This document shows positions 12,356 to 25,104 of a stretch of 64,000 nucleotides of DNA, piece after piece; the first letter of the stretch is position 1, and each line of letters opens with the position of its first letter. The translations under genes and the position numbers were made by a program. Source of the DNA: Adineta vaga (taxonomy: Eukaryota; Animalia; Rotifera); contig CP075492.1 of NCBI GenBank assembly GCA_021613535.1, forward strand, positions 19,964,001 to 20,028,000. The letters run 5' to 3'. Below the pieces are notes generated by a model. The model searched no databases, was not told the origin of the DNA, and worked only from the letters and a program-made list of their open reading frames with translations.

Positions 12356-13115
12356 ATGTTAACGGATCTGTTGAATTTCGGTCGTGAACAGTTAGAGAAT
12401 GGAACATTGTTCAGTATGCTTGAAGCGGTAGGGATTAATAATGCGGATGATTTCATCAATGGCTTTCGGAATCAAACAAGACAAGAAGCAGAACGGATTC
12501 GTCAATCTTCAAAGTTAATGTCCGTGGGTGAATCTGTTTTTGGCCTGGTAGATTGAAACAAATTGCATCTTCTCGAATCTAATCGTGTTTCATTTAGTTT
12601 TCTGGATCCAAAGATGAAGATGATTCACTGTCGATGATTCAAGCAGCATACAAAACCTATAAGCAGTTTTCAGGTCTTCTACAAGATGAACAGAGTAGTG
12701 GTGATAATGGTTTTTTTGGCGACATTGGTGAGTTAAAAGAATTTTGAAAAACACGAAATGTTCTATTGATAATTGATTATTCAGCTTCAACACTTAGTGA
12801 TGCTCAGAAGATGTATGAATTATACAAAAAATTTGATAGAAATGGAGATGGAACAATCACAATTGAAGATGTTCAAACCTATTTTCAAGAAATGGGTCTT
12901 GGTTTTGTATCACCGTGTAAGTATGCAAATGCATTTATATGTAAAGAACAATTGAATTCTCTTTAGATTTGGCAAAAGGATTATTTCTATTAGTCGATAA
13001 AAATCAAAATGGTCGTCTTGATTTTGTTGATTTAATGGGATTATGTTCGATAGTATATAAATTAACTCAAACATTCGGTGGTGGTGGTGGCGCTTTTTAA
13101 TCAACTTCTCATAGC
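12356..13115 (+). CDS. Small EF-hand protein (multi-exon; boundaries approximate)
   Basis: DRNGDGTITIED and DKNQNGRLDFVD loops separated by a GT-AG intron. Confidence 0.65.
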
Positions 13116-13295
13116 TGATCAATAGACATTGCTATACGATCTTTTTTAGTTAGATAATCAAACTAGTTTGACGAATAAATCTAATATGGTTGAAATGTTT
13201 AATAAGAGTTCAAATTATATAGTTCGTTGTGAGTTGTTCATATATATCTTCATTGTTGTTGAATATAGAAGATGTAATCAGGGACATATCTCTAA

Positions 13296-13358
13296 CTTGA
13301 GGGTGTGGGTATGGGTGTCTTTCATTTACACTAACACCCACATCCATACCCACCCTAA
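13296..13358. repeat. Telomere-like hairpin H4
   Basis: cttgagggtgtgggtatgggtgt-ctttcattt-acactaacacccacatccatacccaccct. Confidence 0.9.
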
Positions 13359-14598
13359 TTAAATGATGATCTTGTTTCTGAAGATGTGAGTATGTCTGAG
13401 TATCAGTTCACTCTGCATATATTTTTCTCCTATTCTTTTTTTTTTAATTCAGTAACATCAAAAAGCAACACAACGTTCGATGTAATAATGATCGATTCTA
13501 TATTAGAATTAAAATCAGTATACACGGTTCTTCAGTAAAAAAATACTTTTATTGTTAAAAAAAATACTATTACAGTAAAGACTTTGAAGATATCTGAAAA
13601 GAGAATTTTTTTTAATCTTTATTTTCTGTTGCATATTTCTTTGTCCATTCATTTGCTATTTGATCAAATATTTGTCGATCTGTTCGATAGAGTTTCAGAG
13701 CTTCTTTATTTAGACCATGTTCTGGATTTGGATCTGCTAGTAATGAACATAATGAGATTAGAAGACCTCGTATAGTCAATGCTGGTGACCATTGACTATG
13801 TAAAATATCTAAACAAATTTCTCCATTTGAACCAATATTTGGATGAAATATCTGTGTAATAAATCGTACAGTTGGTGGTTTGAAAGGAAATTCAAATGGA
13901 AAATCAATAATTAAATGAAATTTGCCTCGTGAATATGGAGTATCATCTGGTCCTTCTATCCAACCGATCCAATGAAGCATATTTTTTATTGGATCTTCTG
14001 GTTCTGCGTAACATAATGGAGCTGGATTTTTCTGTAATTCATTATAATGAATAATAAGACGTTTTGTAAAAGACATTTGTATGGCAAAAGAGAATAATCT
14101 AAAAAGCAAAATCTTGTTCGAAACAATTCGGATCAGAGTTAAAATTTTGTTCTTCTCTTCAATGCCAAAACAGATTGTTCACAACAATATAAATGGTCGC
14201 ATTCTCTTTATATATGAATGTTGTTGGAAAAAACCAAGGTAGTTACGTCGGAGGTGGATGCACTGAAATTTATTTTTCATGTCAAGATGAAATGTTGTGA
14301 TAATGACGTAAAAATAACATTTACATAGTGATTTATCTTGGAAACAAAAACACCATAAATGGAAATATTACTCATTACAAAATGTCATCAAATTTCTACT
14401 ATTCCTATTTGTTGTAAATGAGTGATCTTATGAGGTAACATAATGTTTTTATGGAAAGAACCAACATTATACTCACACAACAAGTAAGAATGTTATGATT
14501 TTAATAACATATATTTCGACGATGTTATGTTATGAATCATTATATGTCGAAAGCATCCAAAGAGGAAAAAATCAGAAATCATTATTAGTAATTTTATC
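13355..14598. repeat. Segmental duplication copy 2
   Basis: Starts at the last bases of H4; few SNPs and a ~20 bp insertion versus copy 1. Confidence 0.92.
13612..14076 (-). CDS. E2 ubiquitin-conjugating enzyme, copy 2
   Basis: Identical to copy 1 except HPNISS to HPNIGS. Confidence 0.92.
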   Translation of the reverse strand: MSFTKRLIIHYNELQKNPAPLCYAEPEDPIKNMLHWIGWIEGPDDTPYSRGKFHLIIDFPFEFPFKPPTVRFITQIFHPNIGSNGEICLDILHSQWSPALTIRGLLISLCSLLADPNPEHGLNKEALKLYRTDRQIFDQIANEWTKKYATENKD

Positions 14599-14794
14599 GT
14601 TCTTTCTCAAAAGAAAATATATATCATCATGTAATAGTTAATGCATACATCGTTGTTCATATACATTTGAATTCATATTTCCACTTCACAAGAGAATTAT
14701 TCCTAAATTGCATTATTGATTTGTGATCATTGAATAAGTTACATCGACTATCCTTTCGATATTTTATCAAAAATTCTTTGTGAATTTTTTAGTT

Positions 14795-14830
14795 TTGAGG
14801 GTGAGGGTGTGGGTGTGTGTGGCTGTGGCT
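14795..14830 (+). repeat. One-armed telomere-like tract H5
   Basis: ttgagggtgagggtgtgggtgtgtgtggctgtggct; no C-rich arm nearby. Confidence 0.8.
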
Positions 14831-16699
14831 GAATAGGGAACCTGTAATATGATCATTAAAAACGAGCGTTTCACTAAACCACAAAGAAGATCAGTGCAGA
14901 GACGGTTTCGTAGCTATGGGTTAGTACGAAACCTTTTCTCTTCTATGCCAAGAAAGTATCTTCCCGTGTGTCGGTGGGAAAATCCTTTTTTTAACAGTAG
15001 GAGGAAATCAAAGAAAATTTATTTATTTGGTTCAAACCTGTGCCAAAAGTGAACGAGATACTGGTGGTATTCAAAGAAACGGCTAACCGTTCATATGGAG
15101 AGTTATACTTCTAATTATAGTTTTAAATGAGTCTTAGATGGCTTGAACGATTGTTGGAAGGAACTTAATTGATGAGTCTTCTTGAACAAACCCAAGAGAT
15201 TATCATCTTCCGAAAAACTATGGCGAGGATGGAATCTGTACCGAAAACCATACACTGTTATGTAAATTTTGTCAGTCTGCGAATACGAGTTATGGCACTA
15301 TGAGCAACCTATTTCTCAGATGGGTAAGGATCCTCTTCTAATTAAGCAGAAAATAGAGAAGAGACTATGCATCCCAGTGGCTAGTCTTGAGTGACCGACT
15401 GGAAGGAGGCAAGCGAATGACTAAGCGTTAGTTTGAGAGGCATGTAAGTACAATGAGTAAGAGTAGAAGATTTTTCTGGGTAATAGTCAAGTAATTTGAT
15501 TCGTGAGCCAAAGCAAATCTTTATCTTATCGTAAGCGTGTTCACTGGCAATTACAATGCGTTGCTTATTGTAATTATGGCAAGACTGAAAATAACTTCGT
15601 TTCATGCTTAAAAGAATAAATTCTTACTGAGAATTTTGTAATAAAGCAACTCAGTTTCATTGAAGAGAAGTTCTTTGAGTATCCTGAGCACTAATTGCGA
15701 TTCTTTCAGAAAAGGGTCAGCTAATCCAAAGGGTGAACACCATTTGTTAGTTAATTAGATCTGTAAAAACAGGCGTCAACAAATATCCAATATTGTGTAA
15801 AATAATACTTTCTTTGTTTGTGTGCGAATCTTTGCAGGGTTTCGACTTTCTATTTACAAAATCTCAATTTTCAATTCGAAGAAGAAACGAAAGAAATTAA
15901 ATAAATATGTTCCTAGTTTTATTTTCAGAAAAAATAAAATGACGGACTTCATGATGTACTTTTCTTAATCGCAGGGAATCAAAATATTACCTTTTATTTA
16001 TCCTAGTCATAAGATCGATTTCACCTTTAATAAATAAAAACTAAAGTGAATATATGATGACGTACATAATCATTTGGATTAGGCATGCAACCTTTTCAAA
16101 CTTCTCAAGTTCTTTCAGTCATTCACTTTGGTCCATATTAGGTACGTATTAAACCTAGTATTCCCGATTTATTCCCAGATTCGGTCGTTTCTGATTCTTA
16201 TACATGATTATGTCTTATATTTAGATTTCGATAATAATTGAACTCCGAACTCCTGGTCTGTGCCCGAGTTCCATACATGCCTATTTCGGATTCACTTGAA
16301 TAATATTAGATTTCTGAGAAGAAATGCACACTATTTGGAAACATATTAAGAAAATGAAGTGGAATTAAGAGAGAAAAACGAGACTTCTGTACTTCCCATA
16401 CTTCCATATTCTTCCTTAGTACTCCCTTAATACTCTCGCACATCCTTCTGTATTCCCTTGAACAAAATACAAATAATATCAAAATAATTGGAAAAAACTA
16501 AAAGAGAACGAGTATAAATAATTTACTGAATACAAGCTGTCCCTTAAGTCACTTTGATTTAAGAAACTTGAACATTATTGGGTTGTTAACAAAGTTCTTG
16601 CTTTTTTTTCAAAATTCTCTCAAACATCCGAGAAAGTTCTGGAATTTTCCATACTGAGAGTATACAAAGAGAGCGTGAATATCTGTCGAATAATAATAA

Positions 16700-17269
16700 A
16701 GTCATCGATATGGATGTTGATCATAGGCAGGATATGGGTAGGCGGCGCGCCTGCTCACCCGATAATTTTTGGTTACGCCGCCAGTGGGAAGTCAAAGAAA
16801 GTATTTACTGGAAAATTCTTCGAAAGGGTTGCACCATCACTGCTGATCTCTATTGTCAAGAATTAGACCAGGTTCCTGAATAACTGAAGGGAAAACAAGA
16901 TCGAGTTTACTTTTTGCATGACGACGCACGAAAAATTATTGAAGCCTATATGGATTACCATTTCTCATCCGTCGCATTCTTCTGATCTGACTCCAACGGA
17001 TTACTATTTGTTTCATTCTGTCTTTAGCCATTTGCGTGAGAAAAATTTCGACAACTAGAACGATATCAAATTCGAACTCGTCAATTTCGTTGGTCAAAAG
17101 TCTTGGGATATCTACGAACGCGGGATCTTATCTCTGGCGAAGCGTTGGTGACAAATCATAGATAAGGATGGTGCATATATAATTGAAAGCTAGTTGTAGT
17201 ATTAGAGTTAAAAACAAATAAAATAAAATTTTTGAAAAAAAACGCAAAAACTTTGTTGATAACTTAATA
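16700..17269 (+). mobile_element. Decayed mariner transposon 3' half
   Basis: FLHDDAR, HPSHSSDLTPTDYYLF, GILSLAKRW..DGAYI with stops; TIR-like end cgcaaaaactttgttgataacttaata. Confidence 0.8.
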
Positions 17270-17670
17270 TCAAGAAACTAATCGCATCTACAATATTGCA
17301 CGAAATGTACACAATTCCTTCATCTTTTAGAGTATATAGGGATAGTTAATGACATCAGTAACAAAAAGATAATAAGATAATAGCGAAATTATTATGTTGT
17401 AAGATTATGGAAAGGAGATTCTTTACTATTAGTATCGATAATGAGTTATGCTAGTATAGAATATGAATATTTAATATAATATTATTGTGACGCCAATCAA
17501 ATTAATATCAGATGACTTGAAATGTAAATTATTGATATAAAAATAAATTATACGAAATATTAAAAGAAAATTCAATCGATGTTTAACAATATATTTGGAG
17601 AATGAAAGGAAAGAGATTTGTTTTTAGATAATTTTCAAAACAAAGTAATGATATTTCTATAAAAAGAAAT

Positions 17671-20600
17671 ATGAAAAAGATCTTATTCAAATATATTATT
17701 GTTTCTATTATTTTACTTAAAATAAATGGATTTCCAACATCAAAAGTATAAATTATATTGTAAAATACTAAAATAAATATAATTATTTTTATCTATTTAT
17801 GCAAGATTAATTCATTCAAAGAGAAAAATCTCGACAAAAAACGTAAGTTTGATATGAATCAATGATTTATACTAAAATTCTCCAAATGAAATAATGTTAA
17901 AATATAAAAAGAAAAAGAATTCTTTTATTTTTCAGCTGATCTGTTTGAAGGTGATATTCTTCTTCCTCCATCATCTAAATTGACATCAGTAATAATACAT
18001 TTTAGTTTTTCTTTTAAAATATTTTTTCTTAAAACTTTAGCGTGGTGTTCTTCGTCGTGGTAATTCTGTAGCATGGACAAATGGAATTATTCCATATGAA
18101 ATATCAAATAACTATGGTTTTTATTTTAAAATAATATTTAAAATAATTATTTATGTATTATTTAGAATTTGAGGATAGATTATTTATAATTGAAACAATT
18201 CAAGAATTAGAACGTATAATTGCAATTAATAATGTTCAATGTATTCGATTTCGACCAAGAATTCCAACAGATAGATATCATATAATTATTAAAAGTGATA
18301 ACGGATGTTATTCTTCTGTAAATATTTTTTCAGTATTTTAGTTTTTATTTTAAAGTTTTATTTTAAGATTGGACAAATTACTGGTGTTCAAATGGACAGA
18401 GTTGTTTCATTAGAAGACCCTAGATGTTTAACAAAAGCTATTATTATGCATGAATTGATACATACTTTAGGTTAGACTTTGTTTTTTCTCGTTTAAATGA
18501 CAAATTTTAACATATGGAATTGAATTTTACAGGGTGGAGAAAGATATTTTTCACAGAGGAGTCATACTGCTTAGGGTTTAACAGAAATCTTTATGAAACT
18601 ATACCAATTTCTTATAGAAGGCTAGAATAAATTTCTATTTTGTAAAACACAAACTGAAAAAGAGTGTTGAACTTCAGGGAAAAAGTTTAGATTCTCCTCC
18701 CACCGACGAATCTTTGACTATAACAGATACATATGGGAGCACTTCAAAAGTTTTGCCGCCCGCTCGGAATGTTCTAATATGTTAAATTACTTTGAATTAA
18801 TTATAATACCAAATACGACGAACTCTTCTATTGAACGCTTTGATAAATTATTTGTAATTCAGTTGATGAAAATTATTAAGAGAATCGTAGTTAATTTATG
18901 TTTCACATTTTAATCCTCTAAGAATGATGACAATAATATTTTTTGTATAAAATTTAACTAACGAATAAGATAACGTCATGACTATGATTTGCATTTCAAT
19001 TTTCAATCACTGAATATATTGTATTAAATATATATATATATTTTAAGGTTTTTATCATGAACAAGCTCGACCAGATCGTGATAATTATGTTCGAGTTAAT
19101 TTTTCAAATATAAGAGCAGGTAGATATATATTTAAAAGATCTTTCTTTGAATTTATATTAGTTAAATGAAAAAAGGACAAGAACATAATTTTGAAAAATA
19201 TAAGAATTCTTATGTTGATACTCTTGGAACACCGTATGATTATTTATCAATTATGCATTATGGTAAATATGATTTTTCATCAAATGGTTTTCCAACAATT
19301 GAATCAATTACACCGAATGTTGATATTGGAGAAAATTTCAATCTTAGTTCAATTGATATTTATGAAATTAGATTATTTTATAATTGTTCATTAACTGGAA
19401 TAACATTACCTACAACAACATCAGGTTTAGCTACATTTATAAGAAAAACAAAAACAAATAGAAATATATTTTCATGTTTTTTTCTTTTTCTTTTTTAGTT
19501 AATTTATATATTATCAATACAACAGTGTTTTCATCATTAACAATAAATAGTTCAATCTATGATCGTTTAGAAGATTCAAATCTAAATTATTATTATTATT
19601 ATGAATCTTATGAAATTCACGTATCATCATCAAATTATTATATATTTCAAAGTAATAGTTCAATAAGTACATATGGATGTTTATATTTTATGAATTTTAA
19701 TCCAAATTATCCACGTTCAAATTTAATTCAATCAGATGATGGAAGTGAAATAAATTCACAATTTCGAATTACAGTTTATCTTGATTCAAATAAAACATAT
19801 ATATTAGTTTTAACAACACATTCTCCATTAACAATCGCTCATTACACATTAATTATATCTGGATTAACTTCAATTAATATTAACAAATTAAATAGTACTT
19901 CAGCTGTACCACGAAATCGGACAACACAAACAACTCTTTCTAGTAAGTCATCTGTTTTTCTTTTTTTCATTAATGATTAAATTCGAAATATTGAATAGAA
20001 ATTTTATTTTGCTAAAATATTTAGTTGACTATAGAAACTATTCTTCATATTATAATTCTAAGATTCACTATGGCTGATTGATTATGTTGTTGGCACGTAT
20101 TCGCAAGGTACTGTATTCAAACCTCAGTTATCATCAGTCATGGAATGTGACCCTGAACAGATAACTAATAGCTAAAGTGTCTTGAATGAATCATGACTCA
20201 TACACTAGTGTACTGGCTATATTGTTAGTCAGTATGTTAGACGGAAAAGGATGTAGATATCACTGTCTGTAAAAAGAAAAATATGAAAGAACCTGGTTGC
20301 ATGTGGAACCTAAATAATAATCGTGACTGACCCTAACGGGCGATAAACTTATAGAGCGTTATTATTATTCTAAATGAATTGTTTTAGCGTCAACTGAAAT
20401 AACCTCCAATGAATATAAATCGATATATTCAAGTGAATTGACAAAAAATAGTTTTATATTTAATCGACAACCAAATTCAGACATATATTACTACGAATCA
20501 ATAATATTATCTATCGTTAAAAATGGTGATTATACATTTCAAAGTCATACTAATGATTCTGTTGATACTTATGGATATTTATATTTAAAAAGTTTTAATT

Positions 20601-21890
20601 CTTATAATACATCAGAAAATCTTCTTATTTCTGACAATGATAGTGGTGGATTCTCACAATTTTTATTAAGATATTCATTACAAAATCATAATAGATATAT
20701 ATTAGTAATAACAACAAATCATCCAAATGTAACAACATCTTTTTCAATTGTTGCATCGGGTTCATCAACTGTCCATTTTATTAATATGAACAATCCATCA
20801 GCATTAACGACCGGAAGTTCATCTTCACAAGTATCTACGACTTGTAAGTATACTAAAATTATATAATTACTGTGTAAGACGATCTAAAAGAAGTATGATG
20901 GACGTACGGCGGAAGTACAGAAGTCTCGCTTTTTCCCCTTGGTTGAAGTACATAAGGATAAAAAGTTTAACTCATTCCCTTTCCATACACATGTAACAAA
21001 CATGTCGAAAACTGCTTATCATAGACGTAAGAGACATTCTAGCAAGAGTTGGTCGAAACAAGAGCTCATCACAGGCAGGACAGACACATTTAATTAACAG
21101 CTAGTGAATAATTAATATTTATTCTAAGTTTTTTTTCTGTTAAATCTGTAAGTTCAATTGATGGAAAAAAGTCACTTAAACAGTAATAACAGAAACAAGA
21201 ACAAAAGAAATAGCTTAAGTAAATGTAATGTTGAATGAAAAGAGAAGCACAGATGTTCATGGTGGCACGATATGGTGAAACCAATTCAATGTTTCAATTG
21301 TACTATAATGAGATTTGACAAATATGATTAATTAATGAGAAAAATTCTAATCCAAAACAGTTACATTCGGAAAAACTAAAGACACTTTTCTGATAACCAT
21401 CGTGTCATGTTTTCTCTCTATTATCATTTCTGCGCGGCAGTGGTCAGTTTTTTTCAATCATAATGGACACATCTGGAGAGATGAGAACACCAACCTATTT
21501 ATATGTAATAACATATTGAGAAAAACCTAATGTATCATCTTGAGGAAAATTGCAGTATCATATACATATACATATATTCAATATTGTATGTTTTACAATT
21601 GTTTATATTAATAGTTTTGTGTCATTCTATTTTAAGATAAAGATATCATCTGTGTAAAGATCTGTAACAGAATAAAAAGACATTGAAATATGAGATATTT
21701 TATAATATATCGATTATATTATAGTTTTTGTAGAATTTTATTAAAGAAGATTTGTTTCATTTAACATGTGTTTTTTTTTATAAAACTTGAAATTTTCTAA
21801 ATTTTAGCGTCAGCTTCTAAACAATCAAGTATAATGTTATTTTTATTATCATTCAATATGTTCTTAATGATTAAATTCAATTTAAAATAG
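17671..21890 (+). CDS. Astacin (M12A) metalloprotease with two C-terminal beta-rich repeats; multi-exon
   Basis: Signal peptide, FEGDI, HELIHTLG|FYHEQARPDRD across an intron, SIMHY Met-turn; two (D/S)TYGxLY..NL..D repeats; hydrophobic last exon. Confidence 0.85.
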
Positions 21891-22411
21891 TGCATAAAAA
21901 TGAACATCTGACTTTTATTTATAAAATATTAATTATATTGTATCATTTTAAGAATGGGTTGCTTTATAGCTTTTTTTCTATTATAGAATAAATATTAATA
22001 AAAGGTTTTATTAACGAAAGAAAATTGTGAACAGTCTAATTTTTTTTAATGAACGCTATTGATCAACTATGTTGATCCTGAATATGAATATGAGAAGTAT
22101 TCTTACGAGGGACCGGTTCCAACTGTCCATTCGCTTTTGATTTCAGACTCAGTGCATAAAAAAAGATCTTGGTGAAGTATGAAAAGTCCTAAAATGAGAA
22201 GGCCTCATAGGCCTTCTGTCCAGAGTTATAGGTATTTTACTAAAATTCTAGGCTCACATATGGTATGTACGATAGAATTGAATGGCGATATTTTGATCTG
22301 AGATTTTGCTCACAAAATAGTCTATTGATGAGTAGAAAGTCCTGAAAATTTCAGCTCAAAATAATGTTCTTTTGTCAAGATACTATAGTATCAAAAATCA
22401 TTCATATCCAA

Positions 22412-22453
22412 TCTTGAGGGTGTGGATGAAGACTGAACACCCGCACCCTCCAA
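22412..22453. repeat. Telomere-like hairpin H6
   Basis: tcttgagggtgtggat-gaagactga-acacccgcaccctc. Confidence 0.85.
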
Positions 22454-22809
22454 TTTCGCTATTCCGAACTAGTTCCACCACGACTACTCCGATCAACGAT
22501 CTAACCATAATCAAACGATTTCCACACATATCAGGGTTGTTGAAATTTACGAGTTTTAGTATTTTATAGATTACATGATAAAACATCAGGCGTGGAGGGT
22601 TGATGTTCTATAGAATTGAACGAGTAGTTATGTTGTTTGTAGTTAAGGGCGATGCAGTTGTACAAGTTCATACCAGTTTTCGTTGCTCGTTAGGAGAAGC
22701 TCAAGATAGATTTCGAAACATTATATTCAGAGCCCGTTTTAAGCTGTTTTTGGAACTGTACGTGTTAGATTTGGGTAATATATTTAAAGAGATAATCATA
22801 AAAAGAATC

Positions 22810-23447
22810 TTAAACATTATAAATAGACATTCGTTTCATTTTGATTTTATGTACACTCTGTATTCGTAGAGATACGATGACATTTTCAATAGCAGGATTG
22901 TCATCAGTCATTAAAACTTCTTCTTCAAGAATATCTTCACGCATTCGCATGCGAACGACAACAAATGCATTCTGAGATTTAAATGGTGATATTAATTCAT
23001 CATGGATTTGTTGTACTGCAATCTTTCCACCACCACTTTCACGAATAAACAAATCATTCGAATCACGTCCTCGACAAAATTGATTGTTTTTATCAATTTG
23101 AACTACATCATTCTCTGTATAAATGGCTCGCCATGTTGTACAAGTATTATCAATCATTGGATATGTTCCAATCTCCCATGTCACATTCCAACCATAACCT
23201 AATTCTCCCTTGGGATATGTATCAACTATACCATGCCAAGTACCAGTCCAATTAGTTTGAACTGTTCCAGATGAATTTATTGGCCAACCTTTAAATACAA
23301 CAGTTCGTATCAGTTAATTCTAATTTATGTTTAAAATACCAGCTTGTTAGTACAAATTATCATTCAATACGTACCATTAATATTCTTACAATTGATGAAA
23401 ATATTTAGAAATAGAAAGATGAGTAGACTATGTTTGAATTTATTCAT
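22810..23447 (-). CDS. Secreted protein of unknown function (spliced)
   Basis: ATG 23447 with signal peptide, intron(s), then ..WTGTWHGIV.. ORF to 22810. Confidence 0.55.
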
Positions 23448-23881
23448 TGATAAAAAATATATTAATTTGTCTTGGCGTGTTAGTATCAATACTTTTTGAC
23501 ATACATATATATATGTAAAAACAGAGAATATCTTTTGTTAATCTCAATAAAAATATCAACCAAAGGATTAAATCTTTGACATAATATAAGAATATTTCAA
23601 CTTTACAAAACGATTTTGTTAAAAGAAGATCAATCATATGATAGTATAATAAAATCTTGTGGGTGTTCTTAAGTCTTCGATATCGATATCTATAGAAGAA
23701 AATAGCATAACTTCATAGGATACCATTCGAGATACTTTTTCAATAGTCAAAGAAGCATAGATGTATTTGATCATATTATATTCTTCTTTTGAATTCTGAT
23801 AACATTTAAAAAATTGCGTCGCATATTTCTATTGATATAATTTTTGATTATAAATAATGAACACAAAAATATTCTATATTT

Positions 23882-24383
23882 TCAATAGTTAGTAGCGAGG
23901 ACGTCCGTACCAGAGTGTATGTTCTCGATTATTTTCATATTCTCGAAAACGATCCCAAGTATTCGCGAATGGTTTGAATCTGGCACGCTTTCAATAACAT
24001 CGAGAACTACTCTAACCATAATTGCTATGCCCGTGGTTGGTAAAAACTTCAACGTATCGAAGCCCCAACAACAGCAGTGGTGCCCAGAATTCTTGACATT
24101 CGGATGATAAATAGGATCTACGAGAGTTATAGTAGGTCGTTTGAATGGATAGCCCTCTGGTAGTTGAATACGGTTCTGTTCTAGGTAAAATTCAACCATA
24201 GATGACGTGTGAATTTTTATCTAAGCGGATCCAATTGAACATCATTTCATCCCGACTAGGTGGCGGTTCACCACTTATAACATGTACTAATGGATCGTAC
24301 TCCAATATGAATATACCTTCAGATTCCAACAGTGCTAGTCCACGAATCTCAGTAATTAAATAATTATATTCGTTACTTTGCAT
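23882..24383 (-). pseudogene. Divergent E2-like gene, frameshifted
   Basis: LPEGYPFKRP..IYHPNV..HHCCCW; N-terminal half is in another frame. Confidence 0.7.
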
Positions 24384-24808
24384 AAATATGAAGAATTTCA
24401 AGTTGAGTAAGATATTGTGGAAGAATACTATTGAATTGATTTTCAGTACCATATTTAAGAGTAAGCGAAGGAAGATTAATATCGAACATTTTATCATGCC
24501 TTATTAAAATGAGAGAAAGCTTTCATAACATCTTTGAACGTGAAGAAATCAAAAATTTCAATAGGTAATTTTTCTTAGTCGTTTTGTTTGTGTTTTATAT
24601 ATATTTATATGATTTGGTTTTTTTCTTTCAAATTTTTATTTATAATTTTCTTTCTTTTTCATTCATATTGATTAATTTCATTAGTTTTGGAAACGACTGA
24701 TTTCTTTTCCATTAAAAATATAATCTATTATGACCAATTACGAAGATTTTGATAGATAAAACAAATTTTTTCTTCTAAAATCATTAGAATCTATTTCATA
24801 TATTCAAA

Positions 24809-24862
24809 TCTTGAGGGTGTGGGTGTAAATCATAAATAGATGTGCACTCACCCATACCCTTT
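24809..24862. repeat. Telomere-like hairpin H7
   Basis: tcttgagggtgtgggtgt-aaatcataaatagatgtgc-actcacccataccct. Confidence 0.85.
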
Positions 24863-25104
24863 ACAGGAGATAATGATCTAATTAAATTTCAAGAAATCGT
24901 GTAAAAGAATTCAAAAATGACATTGCAAATTGTTTACTTCATGAATTTCTATCAACTATAGGAAAAGAAAGAAAAACGATTGTTATGGTAATGCATAAAC
25001 GAAGAAAGAAAGAAAGAAAGAAAGAAGAAAAATACATTAGCACGTGTTTGTTTCTTTTACGACGTATACGTCAATATTTCTTTTTAATAATTTTATAGAA
25101 ACAA

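Noticed and set aside
14860-14905. Hammerhead-like ctga..gaaa on the minus strand
   Set aside because: The core CTGANGA is not matched and the stems are not convincing.
16366-20941. Inverted ends (gagacttctgtacttc) flanking most of the astacin gene as a Pack-type element
   Set aside because: The right end lies inside the gene's last intron and no TSD is visible; more likely two independent MITE remnants.
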